This document shows positions 25,015 through 32,000 of a stretch of 32,000 bases of DNA, one piece after another (within the stretch, counting starts at the first letter, position 1; the number at the start of each line of letters is the position of its first letter). The notes below the pieces were generated by a model. The model saw only the letters and a list, made by a program, of their open reading frames with translations, did no database searches and had not been told where the DNA came from. This DNA comes from Edaphobacter aggregans (lineage in GTDB: Bacteria; Acidobacteriota; Terriglobia; Terriglobales; Acidobacteriaceae), in assembly GCF_003945235.1 (NCBI RefSeq), contig NZ_RSDW01000001.1, positions 990,001 to 1,022,000 on the forward strand. Reading direction: 5' to 3'. The position numbers and the translations under genes are program-made.

Positions 25015-26145
25015 TCAGACAGTCACGCGGGCCTTTGCATGGAACGACTGACGTCGAACGGTCAGCCTCTCAATGCGGTCCTTCTGCACCTCAAATCCGC
25101 GCCCGGGAGTAGTGGGGACGGTAATCTCGCCCTTGGAGCTGACAGTCACTGCTGGCTCGATGATGTCCTGCTCCCAGTAGCGGCTGGAGGCAGAGACGTC
25201 GCCGGGCAGCGAGAAGTTAGGCAGCGACGACAGCGCGATATTGTGAGCACGCCCAATGCCGGTCTCCAGCATGCCGCCACACCACACAGGAATACCCCGC
25301 TCCGCAGCAGCATTGTGAACCGCAACAGCCTCGCAGAAGCCCCCAACGCGGCCCACCTTAATGTTGATAATGCGGCAGGACTCCATGTCGATAGCAGCGA
25401 GCGCATCGCGACGGTTACGAATGGCTTCATCCAGACAAATCGCGGTCTCGATCCGCTTCTGCAACATGGAGTGGAAGTAAAAATCGTCATACCAAAGAGG
25501 CTGTTCGATCATCAGTAGTCCGAACTCGTCCCAAGTGGTGATGTGGTCGAGGTCCTTCATACGGTAGACGGAGTTGGCGTCGCAACTGAGCAGAATGTCG
25601 GGCCACACCTTACGTACCGCTTCAAAGATGCGGTTGTCCCAGCCAGGCTTACACTTCAGCTTGATGCGCTGGTAACCCGCATCGAGCTCAGTAGCAATCT
25701 TGTCCATCAACTGTTCGAGCGAAGGCTGAATGCCGATTGAGACGCCGCAGGGGATGACCTTACGTGTACCGCCGAGCAGCTTCGCCAGCGGGACCCGCTC
25801 AACTTGGGCCTCGAGGTCCCAGACCGCATTCTCGAAGGCCGCTTTGGCCATACGGTGGCCGCGAACCTGCTTGAACAAGGTGGGGCAACTATTGCCTCCC
25901 TCCAGATCCGCTTCGAGCAACCGTGGCGCAAGCTCCGTCTCGGCAATGATCCAGGCTGTATCGACCATCTCGTCGCTGAAGTAGGGGTGTTCGCCTGCGA
26001 CGCACTCGCCCCAGGCAGTCAGGCCCTCGGCTTCGATCTCGACCAGCATGATGCGGCGGCCCGTGGTAAGGCCGAAGCTGGTCTCGAACGGATGAGCCAG
26101 AGGCATATTGATCTCGCGCAAGTGAATGGCATCGATAGTGAGCAT
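25015..26145 (-). CDS. enolase-superfamily enzyme of the o-succinylbenzoate synthase / N-acylamino-acid racemase (OSBS/NSAR) family
   Basis: 376 aa. The KxK motif is RIKLKCKPGWD. Metal ligands sit in LLSCDANSVY (D), LLMIEQPL (E) and ICLDEAI (D). The second catalytic Lys is in IINIKVGRVGG. The N-terminal capping domain is MLTIDAIHLREINMPLAHPFETSFG. Confidence 0.85.
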   Translation of the reverse strand: MLTIDAIHLREINMPLAHPFETSFGLTTGRRIMLVEIEAEGLTAWGECVAGEHPYFSDEMVDTAWIIAETELAPRLLEADLEGGNSCPTLFKQVRGHRMAKAAFENAVWDLEAQVERVPLAKLLGGTRKVIPCGVSIGIQPSLEQLMDKIATELDAGYQRIKLKCKPGWDNRIFEAVRKVWPDILLSCDANSVYRMKDLDHITTWDEFGLLMIEQPLWYDDFYFHSMLQKRIETAICLDEAIRNRRDALAAIDMESCRIINIKVGRVGGFCEAVAVHNAAAERGIPVWCGGMLETGIGRAHNIALSSLPNFSLPGDVSASSRYWEQDIIEPAVTVSSKGEITVPTTPGRGFEVQKDRIERLTVRRQSFHAKARVTV

Positions 26146-26219
26146 GTTGGTACGTCCTGTCGTTCCAGTATTTGGTGGTTTGCCTGGTTGGGCGGTGTCG
26201 ATGCTTTTTGCTCTGGGTC

Positions 26220-26990
26220 TTATCCTTTGCCCGTGCCTTCATTCCAGTGTCCGAGCAGGAAGCTGCCGTCGCCGCTGGCATCGCGCTCATAGCCAATGAT
26301 GGCGAGCCCGCGGTCAAACGCAGACAGAAGTGCATTGCGATTATTACGCTGCAGTGCCTCTGCCAGACTTCGCTGCTGGGGGTCCTGCTTCCACTGGTAG
26401 ATGGCGTGCGGGACAGTGACGCGTTCGATGACTTCCATTGGCTGAGGCTCTCCGCGCAGCAGATTGACGACACGGGGAGAGTTCAGCCACCATTCCGCGT
26501 ATAGCCTATCTGTCGGAAGCCCGCCCTGCAATGGGGATGATGAAGGCCCATAAAAATCTGGCTGATACCGGCGCGAAATCGCCCCCAGCCGAGCGATATT
26601 CAGGTGGGCATTTTTGATCTCCAGCGGGTCGTAGGTCCACTCCATCAGCTCAAAGCCCCTGGCGATGGCATCGTCGCGCTGGGCGAGCTTTAGACGGCGG
26701 CCCAGGCCGAAGTTACGGTACTCCGGCAGTACCGCCAGCATGTGCGAGTGGAGATAGGCTCGCTGATTGCGGAAGCCAGGCAAAGCCATGGCGAAACCGA
26801 CGATCGTATCCCCGTCAAAGGCCCCGATCACCTGCCCCCCGATCTTCTGAGCAAGCAAAAAAACGCGCCGGGGAACAAGATCGCCGTCACTATAGCCCCA
26901 AACCTCAAGCTGCAGCACGACGCAGCGCTCGAACTGTTCAAGGGTCGTCAACTGGTGAATCTGAAGATTGTCGTGCGGAATGATATTCAT
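26220..26990 (-). CDS. GNAT-family acyltransferase with C-terminal extension
   Basis: 256 aa. Acyl-CoA motif A is YRNFGLGRRLKLAQRD (R-x-x-G-x-G). Its start overlaps the mazG stop (ATGA at 26987-26990). It lies 74 nt upstream of the OSBS/NSAR gene on the same strand. Confidence 0.8.
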   Translation of the reverse strand: MNIIPHDNLQIHQLTTLEQFERCVVLQLEVWGYSDGDLVPRRVFLLAQKIGGQVIGAFDGDTIVGFAMALPGFRNQRAYLHSHMLAVLPEYRNFGLGRRLKLAQRDDAIARGFELMEWTYDPLEIKNAHLNIARLGAISRRYQPDFYGPSSSPLQGGLPTDRLYAEWWLNSPRVVNLLRGEPQPMEVIERVTVPHAIYQWKQDPQQRSLAEALQRNNRNALLSAFDRGLAIIGYERDASGDGSFLLGHWNEGTGKG

Positions 26991-27835
26991 GACTTTGGCG
27001 ACTTAGAGGCACTCATCTTCGCCTCGTTCCATCTTTCTTCGAGCTGCGGAGGCGTATGCGAGGCCAAGGCATCCGTTCCCCCCGCGGCCTCTTCCATCGC
27101 CCGAAACCGGCCGCGAAACTTTGCATTCGAAGCGCGGAGAGCTGCTTCGGGATCGACCTTGAGATGACGCGCAAGATTGACCGCAGTAAAAAGCAAATCC
27201 CCCAACTCCTCTTCGACAGCGAGTGGGGGAGTTTGGCCAGTCTGAGACCCGTTCAATTCAGCTTGAAGTTCACCGATCTCTTCCTGCAACTTGGCGAACA
27301 ACTCACCCGCACGGCCATCAGCGTTGGGCCAGTCGAAGCCGATCTTCGCAGCGCGTGAGCCCAACTTATTAGCCTCCAGCATCGCAGGCATAGCGCGTGG
27401 CACATCGTCCAGCAAAGAGCGCGCAGAACCCGCCGTCGCCTGTTTCTCCTCGCGCTTGATCTGCTCCCAGTTGCGCAGAACAGCGTCAGCATCGCTGGCA
27501 TCTACATCTGCAAAAACATGAGGATGACGGCGGATAAGTTTCGCATTCAAATTGGCAGCGACATCGGCAATATTGAAGTAGCCCGCCTCCGAGGCCATCT
27601 GCGCATAAAACAGCACCTGAAGCAGAAGGTCTCCAAGCTCATCCTTCAGATCGGGCCACGCACGTCGCTCAATGGCATCGAAGACCTCATAGGTCTCTTC
27701 CAGCGTGTATCGCTTGATGGAATCAAAGGTCTGCTCGCGGTCCCACGGACAGCCGTCCGGCGCGCGCAGACGAGCCATAATCGCTACGGCCTCAAGAAGA
27801 TGCTGGGCGACCTCTTCACTCGTTGGCGACGCCAT
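26987..27835 (-). CDS. mazG: nucleoside triphosphate pyrophosphohydrolase MazG (tandem MazG domains)
   Basis: 282 aa. First domain: CPWDREQTFDSIKRYTLEETYEVFDAIE and ELGDLLLQVLFYAQ. Second domain: LQEEIGELQAEL and EELGDLLFTAVNLARH. Confidence 0.9.
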   Translation of the reverse strand: MASPTSEEVAQHLLEAVAIMARLRAPDGCPWDREQTFDSIKRYTLEETYEVFDAIERRAWPDLKDELGDLLLQVLFYAQMASEAGYFNIADVAANLNAKLIRRHPHVFADVDASDADAVLRNWEQIKREEKQATAGSARSLLDDVPRAMPAMLEANKLGSRAAKIGFDWPNADGRAGELFAKLQEEIGELQAELNGSQTGQTPPLAVEEELGDLLFTAVNLARHLKVDPEAALRASNAKFRGRFRAMEEAAGGTDALASHTPPQLEERWNEAKMSASKSPKS

Positions 27836-27899
27836 ATCTCCACTTTACTCGAACACGCGAACGATGGCATCTACCGTGGTAGCATCATCCACAAACACG

Positions 27900-28100
27900 A
27901 TGACGACGCCGCCAAAATACAAGCGAAGCCGATGGACGCTCCTTCTTGCACTACCCTATCTGGGATTGTGCTTCCCTCAAATCTACGCGCGCGCCACACC
28001 CACACTATGGGGATTTCCATTCTTCTACTGGTACCAGCTTGCCTGGGTCATTCTGGCTTCGGCATTAATGGGCTTCGTTTACCGTAAGCTGAAGACTTAG
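27900..28100 (+). CDS. DUF3311-family small membrane protein
   Basis: The product MTTPPKYKRSRWTLLLALPYLGLCFPQIYARATPTLWGFPFFYWYQLAWVILASALMGFVYRKLKT contains the family signature G-F-P-F-F-Y-W-Y-Q-L-x-W. An alternative in-frame start at ATG 27864 adds 12 aa. The rest of the 131-aa track ORF overlaps mazG and is rejected. Confidence 0.6.
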   Translation: MTTPPKYKRSRWTLLLALPYLGLCFPQIYARATPTLWGFPFFYWYQLAWVILASALMGFVYRKLKT

Positions 28101-28134
28101 CAAACACATTCTTTTACAACAGACCGAGAAAGCT

Positions 28135-28161
28135 GGCAGGGCGTACCTATGCTGCCCTGCC
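28135..28161. repeat. GC-rich hairpin 1 in the gap between convergent DUF3311 and OmpA-family genes
   Basis: ggcagggc (28135-28142) pairs with gccctgcc (28154-28161), with an 11-nt loop. There is no U-tail, so terminator function is unproven. Confidence 0.4.
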
Positions 28162-28181
28162 GACCTGGGAGAGGGGAGGCC

Positions 28182-28209
28182 GCGCGTCCAGCAGCATAAC
28201 CGGACGCGC
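28182..28209. repeat. GC-rich hairpin 2 in the same convergent gap
   Basis: gcgcgtcc (28182-28189) pairs with ggacgcgc (28202-28209), with a 12-nt loop. A weak T-containing tail cgtcttagg follows on the plus strand. Confidence 0.4.
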
Positions 28210-28284
28210 CGTCTTAGGATTGGATAGTAGTGCGGGTTGGTGGTGCGGAAACTCGCAGCAGCTGAATCTACGTAACCGTGACAG

Positions 28285-29049
28285 TTACATTTGGCCGTTC
28301 GGCGGCGTAGCCGAAGAAGCGGTAGTCGGCTGATCCTTCATATTTGTCATCAGCTGAATTTCAACCCGGCGATTCTTCGCCCTGCCCTCAGCTGTGCTAT
28401 TGCTGGCAACCTGCTGATCCTTACCGATGCCGATCAGATAAAACTTACGCGGCGCGATGTTGAACTTCGTCGACAAATAATTGACCACAGCATCAGCGCG
28501 ACGCTGGCTGAGTTGATAGTTATAGTCGCGGTCTCCAACAGAGTCCGTACCGCCAGTCACTGCAAGAATGTAGCTCCGGGCGTTGACAAGCGACGCAGCA
28601 AAGTCATCCAGCTGCCTGCGAGTCTCAGCAGTCAGCACATACTTATCGAAAGCGAAATTAACACTCACATCCGAAATCGGTTTGTAATTATCCAGATTGG
28701 CGACAACGCCAGCCAAGCTATCCACCCGGTTATAAGCGTCCTTTGCCGAAGCATTCGCCGTATCCGCAGCCTGTCCTGCAGCAAGAGCATGCTGGTCCGC
28801 AGTCTCCGCCGCACCTTGGGCTCCTGCAATGCCCTTCTGAGCGCGCTCATCCGTATCAACGATGTTGCGATGATCGGTAGCCGTCTTCGCATCCAGCTCA
28901 TTTGTCTGCTGCACAATAGGAGCCGTCTGGGAGCGAACATAGTTCTTGCTGGAGCAACCCGTAGTGCAGACGAGGGCGAGCGCACTAGCCACAAACGCTG
29001 TTTTTATTGCGGCACTTGTGCAAGTATCGAATCGAATATTGGAGCTCAT
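28285..29049 (-). CDS. OmpA-family peptidoglycan-binding lipoprotein with Ala-rich helical N-domain
   Basis: Lipoprotein signal is AFVASALALVCTTGCSS. The helical Ala/Gln/Asp-rich middle is KGIAGAQGAAETADQHALAAGQAADTANASAKDAYNRVDSL. The C-terminal OmpA-like domain is VNFAFDKYVLT, TGGTDSVGDRDYNYQLSQRRADAV, NRRVEIQL. AAGGAG lies 9 nt upstream of ATG 29049; ATG 29058 is the alternative. The 29133 start in the track is unlikely. Confidence 0.85.
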   Translation of the reverse strand: MSSNIRFDTCTSAAIKTAFVASALALVCTTGCSSKNYVRSQTAPIVQQTNELDAKTATDHRNIVDTDERAQKGIAGAQGAAETADQHALAAGQAADTANASAKDAYNRVDSLAGVVANLDNYKPISDVSVNFAFDKYVLTAETRRQLDDFAASLVNARSYILAVTGGTDSVGDRDYNYQLSQRRADAVVNYLSTKFNIAPRKFYLIGIGKDQQVASNSTAEGRAKNRRVEIQLMTNMKDQPTTASSATPPNGQM

Positions 29050-29306
29050 TGAGTTCATCTCCTTAGAACAACCATTCAGAACAATCTTCAACATACGTAG
29101 ATATAGCAATTGAGCTGCCAAAACCGCAGCCAAGATAAGCTGCTTATTTACATAGACATAAATCGAACACTCCCAATCGCGCTGTCAGCAGCCACATAGC
29201 CGATCCCGAACTTTTGACAGGGAGATGAGTCAAATCTACTCAGACAACCTTCCGCCCATCTCCTGCAGCTGCAACAGCTAAACTAGACCCGGGCGTTTTC
29301 TCCAGC

Positions 29307-31289
29307 ATGGATCTCTACCAGAAAATCCGAACCATCCCCACCCAGCCGGGCTGTTACCTCTACAAGAACGCCGAGGGCGAGGTCATCTACGTCGGCAAGG
29401 CGAAGAACCTCCGCGCCCGCGTCCGCTCCTACTTTCTTGACGCCTCGCAGGCCAACGCCAAGACCGGCTCCCTCATGCGCGAGGCCGTCGACGTCGAGTA
29501 CATCACGGTCGCCAACGAGCACGAAGCCCTCGCCCTCGAAAACAACCTCATCAAGCAGAAAAAGCCCCGCTTCAACATCCTCCTCCGCGACGACAAGACC
29601 TACCCCTACATCAAGCTCACGCTCAGCGACCGTTACCCCAAGGTCTTCGTCACCCGCCGCCTCCGCAAAGACGGCAGCGCTTACTTCGGCCCCTACTTTC
29701 CCGGCAACCTGGCCTATCGCCTCGTCGACCTCATCCACCGCACCTTCCTCATCCCAAGCTGCAAGGTCGATCTTTCGCGCTACCACCCCCGCGCGTGCCT
29801 GCAGTACTACATCAAGCGTTGCCTGGGCCCCTGCGTCGAAGGACTCACTACGCCCGAAGCCTACAGACAAACCGTCCGCGACGTACAACTCTTCCTCGAA
29901 GGCAAGCCCAACGAGCTCGAGCAATCTCTCACCACAAGAATGGAAGAGGCCGCCGAAACCCAGCAGTTCGAACTAGCCGCCCGCCTCCGCGACCAGCTCG
30001 TCACCCTCCACCAGATGCAGGACAAGCAGCGCATCGCCACCACCGACAACGAGGATGCCGACGTCTTCGGCTACCACTACGAAAACGAGATGCTCGCCGT
30101 CAACCTCTTCCACATGCGCGGAGGAAAGATCGTCGACCGCCGCGACTTCTTCTGGGAAGACCTGCCCGAGTTCCTCTCCGAAACCCTCAACGAAAACCCT
30201 GACGAAGCCAACCCCAACCTCGAACCCAACCCCAAAGTCTCGGCTCCCGAGATCGACGAAGACGCACCTGCAGCCCTCGACATAGTCCAACACACCGCGG
30301 TCTCGGAGCTGGGCGGCACCTTCAACCCGGCAGAATTCTTCTCTGCCCTCCTCAAACAGCTCTATCTCGATCAAAGCTACGTCCCGCGCTCCGTTCTCGT
30401 CCCCGTCGAGTTTCCTGACCGCGTCATCCTCGCCGAACTCCTCACCGAAAGAACTGGCCGCCGCGTCGAAATCCTCGCCCCCCAGCGCGGCGAAAAGCGC
30501 TCCCTCGTCGACCTCGTCTGCCAGAACGCCAAGCAATCCTACGACCAGCGCTTCCGCGTCCTCCAGCCCAGCATCAAGGCCATCCAGGAGGCATTGCAAG
30601 ACGCCCTTACCCTCGAAGAGCTCCCGCGCCGCATCGAATGCTTCGACATCTCCCACATCCAGGGCGCCGAAACCGTAGCCTCCATGGTCGTCTGGGAAGA
30701 CGGTGCGATGAAAAAATCCGACTACCGCAAATTCCAGGTCAAAACCGTCACCGGGGTCGACGACTTTGCCAGCATGCGCGAGATCATCCAGCGCCGCTAC
30801 AAGCGCCTCCTCGACGACAACAAGCCCTTCCCCTCCCTAATCCTCATCGACGGAGGCCTCGGCCAGCTCCACGCCGCCTATGCCGCTCTCGAAGAAATCG
30901 GCGTCACCCTCCAACCGCTCGCATCCATCGCAAAAAAAGAGGAGATCATCTACGTCTACGGACAGGAGAACGAACCCGTAGTCCTGGACCGCCGCTCCCC
31001 CGTCCTGCACCTCGTCCAGAAGATCCGCGACGAGAGCCACCGCTTCGCCGTCACCTACCACCGCAAGCGCCGCGAGATGCGCGACCGCGACTCCGAACTC
31101 CTCGCCATCCCCGGCGTAGGTCCCCGCACCCGCCAGCGCCTGCTCGAACACTTCGGAAGCATCCGCGGAATCAAACAAGCCAGCCCCGACGCCCTCACCG
31201 CCGTCGTCAGCACCGCCACCGCAGAGAGTATTCGCGCCCACTTCGATACCGAATCCAAAGCCACTGCCCTGCCCGTCCTCAACGACTAA
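29307..31289 (+). CDS. uvrC: excinuclease ABC subunit C
   Basis: 660 aa. GIY-YIG domain: PGCYLYKNAEGEVIYVGKAKNLRARVRSYF. UVR domain: FELAARLRDQLVTL. Endonuclease domain: RIECFDISHIQG. C-terminal (HhH)2: LLAIPGVGPRTRQRLLEHFGSIRGI. Confidence 0.95.
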   Translation: MDLYQKIRTIPTQPGCYLYKNAEGEVIYVGKAKNLRARVRSYFLDASQANAKTGSLMREAVDVEYITVANEHEALALENNLIKQKKPRFNILLRDDKTYPYIKLTLSDRYPKVFVTRRLRKDGSAYFGPYFPGNLAYRLVDLIHRTFLIPSCKVDLSRYHPRACLQYYIKRCLGPCVEGLTTPEAYRQTVRDVQLFLEGKPNELEQSLTTRMEEAAETQQFELAARLRDQLVTLHQMQDKQRIATTDNEDADVFGYHYENEMLAVNLFHMRGGKIVDRRDFFWEDLPEFLSETLNENPDEANPNLEPNPKVSAPEIDEDAPAALDIVQHTAVSELGGTFNPAEFFSALLKQLYLDQSYVPRSVLVPVEFPDRVILAELLTERTGRRVEILAPQRGEKRSLVDLVCQNAKQSYDQRFRVLQPSIKAIQEALQDALTLEELPRRIECFDISHIQGAETVASMVVWEDGAMKKSDYRKFQVKTVTGVDDFASMREIIQRRYKRLLDDNKPFPSLILIDGGLGQLHAAYAALEEIGVTLQPLASIAKKEEIIYVYGQENEPVVLDRRSPVLHLVQKIRDESHRFAVTYHRKRREMRDRDSELLAIPGVGPRTRQRLLEHFGSIRGIKQASPDALTAVVSTATAESIRAHFDTESKATALPVLND

Positions 31290-31493
31290 CGTTGCCGTGG
31301 CTTTTGCCTGACCCGAATTGAACCGAAGGAAAGAAACCGCATCTCCGCCGGGGCGCGCCACTAAAGCTCTGGCAGGGCAACATCAATTTCCTTGTCAAGC
31401 CCCCTAACCTCATAAATCACTGACAACAAATGACATCCGCGTAGCCGAACAACTCACTCCACCAGCTATAATAGAGATAGAGTGAAAATAAAC

Positions 31494-31527
31494 AGCCCCG
31501 GATCAACCCTCCGGGGCTCTTTCATTT
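31494..31527. terminator. bidirectional rho-independent terminator in the uvrC-pyrE spacer
   Basis: agccccgga (31494-31502) pairs perfectly with tccggggct (31510-31518), giving a 9-bp stem and a 7-nt loop. The plus-strand tail is ctttcattt and the minus-strand tail is gtttattttcac. It lies 205 nt after the uvrC stop. Confidence 0.75.
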
Positions 31528-31707
31528 AAAGCGTCAGCACATAAGGAACCTAAGCAAAATGAAATGAGTACTTTACAAAACCAGACCTGCGAATCCAGAG
31601 ACTTTCCGTATCACGGAACCCACAAGTCCAGATCTAAAGTATCTGCATTGAATACTTTGCACAAAATCGCACCCTCGGGGGAGTATCCTCTACAATCGGA
31701 CAAAGCC

Positions 31708-32000
31708 ATGCCAACCGACAATCATCCAGACACGAAACAAGCCCTCCTCAATCTCATCGCGACCCTCTCCTTCCGCCTCGGTGACTTCACCCTCGCGAGC
31801 GGCCAAAAGTCCGACTATTACATCGACTGCCGCACCACCACCCTCCACGCCGAAGGCGGCCGCCTCTCCGGCCTCCTCCTCTACAAGCTCATCCGCCGGC
31901 ACTTCCCTCTGGCCGAGGCCGTTGGCGGACTCACCATGGGCGCCGACCCGCTGGTCTCGAACACTGCCAGCGCCTCCGCCTGGCGTCCCGCACTAAGAGC
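31708..32000 (+). CDS. pyrE: orotate phosphoribosyltransferase, 5' part (runs off right window edge)
   Basis: The frame from ATG 31708 is open to the window end with no stop, hence absent from the track. My translation is MPTDNHPDTKQALLNLIATLSFRLGDFTLASGQKSDYYIDCRTTTLHAEGGRLSGLLLY...VGGLTMGADP, which matches the conserved PyrE N-terminal pattern F-x-x-G-x-F-x-L-x-S-G-x-x-S-x-Y-Y-x-D. Confidence 0.8.
   Translation, partial: MPTDNHPDTKQALLNLIATLSFRLGDFTLASGQKSDYYIDCRTTTLHAEGGRLSGLLLYKLIRRHFPLAEAVGGLTMGADPLVSNTASASAWRPALR

Noticed and set aside
27705-27863. Upstream part of the 131-aa ORF containing the DUF3311 sequence
   Set aside because: It overlaps the mazG coding region on the opposite strand. 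Only the last 66-78 codons resemble DUF3311.
28291-29052. 253-aa plus-strand ORF
   Set aside because: It is antisense to the OmpA-family gene and Arg/Ser/Ile-rich with no domain features.
29066-29082. GAAC-N9-GAAC (GTTC direct repeat on the minus strand) between ompA-like and uvrC, considered as a LexA/SOS box
   Set aside because: The direct-repeat LexA box reported for Acidobacterium and Alphaproteobacteria is GTTC-N7-GTTC. The spacing here is 9 nt, and the site lies in the ompA-like 5' region rather than near the uvrC promoter.
29283-31361. Minus-strand ORFs (213, 227 and 174 aa) and plus-strand off-frame ORFs (179, 135 and 227 aa) within uvrC
   Set aside because: They are antisense or off-frame to an unambiguous UvrC. 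The compositions (G/E/V/A/D-rich or R/P-rich) are typical frame artefacts.
1-32000. Window-wide search for CRISPR arrays, IS elements or transposases, integrases, prophage genes, toxin-antitoxin pairs and known defence-system domains
   Set aside because: I saw no regularly spaced repeats, no terminal inverted repeats flanking an ORF, and no nuclease, helicase, TIR, reverse-transcriptase or integrase-like proteins among the credible genes. The window reads as core chromosome.

Overview
High-GC, tightly packed chromosomal window. GC was judged by eye, not computed. Gene content and protein style suggest an Acidobacteriota (Terriglobia-like) genome, which is inference only. I call about 31 protein-coding genes, mostly housekeeping and cell-envelope functions. 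Left to right they are: a Tat-signal GH51 arabinofuranosidase (runs off the left edge, so missing from the ORF track), M14 carboxypeptidase, tlyA, an ECF sigma/RskA-type anti-sigma pair, a YVTN beta-propeller lipoprotein, a DUF92 membrane protein, a DUF218/YdcF protein, tsaC, a GNAT, a TrmH/SpoU methyltransferase and rarA. Then comes a minus-strand run of lnt, prfB, DinB-family, CoA-binding, DsbD/ScsB-like, NTF2-like and secreted redoxin genes. After that: an APC permease with a long C-terminal extension, a small basic AT-hook-like protein, a bactofilin plus methyltransferase-fold operon, a secreted hypothetical, mazG-GNAT-OSBS/NSAR, a small DUF3311 protein, an OmpA-family lipoprotein, uvrC, and the 5' part of pyrE (runs off the right edge, also missing from the track). 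prfB needs the classical +1 programmed frameshift (CTT TGA C), so the N-terminus in the ORF track is wrong. I saw no rRNA, tRNA, CRISPR array, transposase/integrase or recognisable defence genes. Many long ORFs in the track are antisense or off-frame artefacts of high-GC DNA. I do not see a convincing novel multi-gene system. The best leads are the lower-GC patch at about 22.3-25.0 kb (AT-hook-like small protein, bactofilin coupled to a methyltransferase-like protein with a degenerate SAM loop, divergent secreted hypothetical), the mazG-GNAT-enolase-superfamily racemase/OSBS cluster, the DsbD/ScsB-NTF2-redoxin operon, an unannotated 43-codon ORF upstream of the permease, and an orphan bidirectional terminator in the 418-nt uvrC-pyrE spacer.
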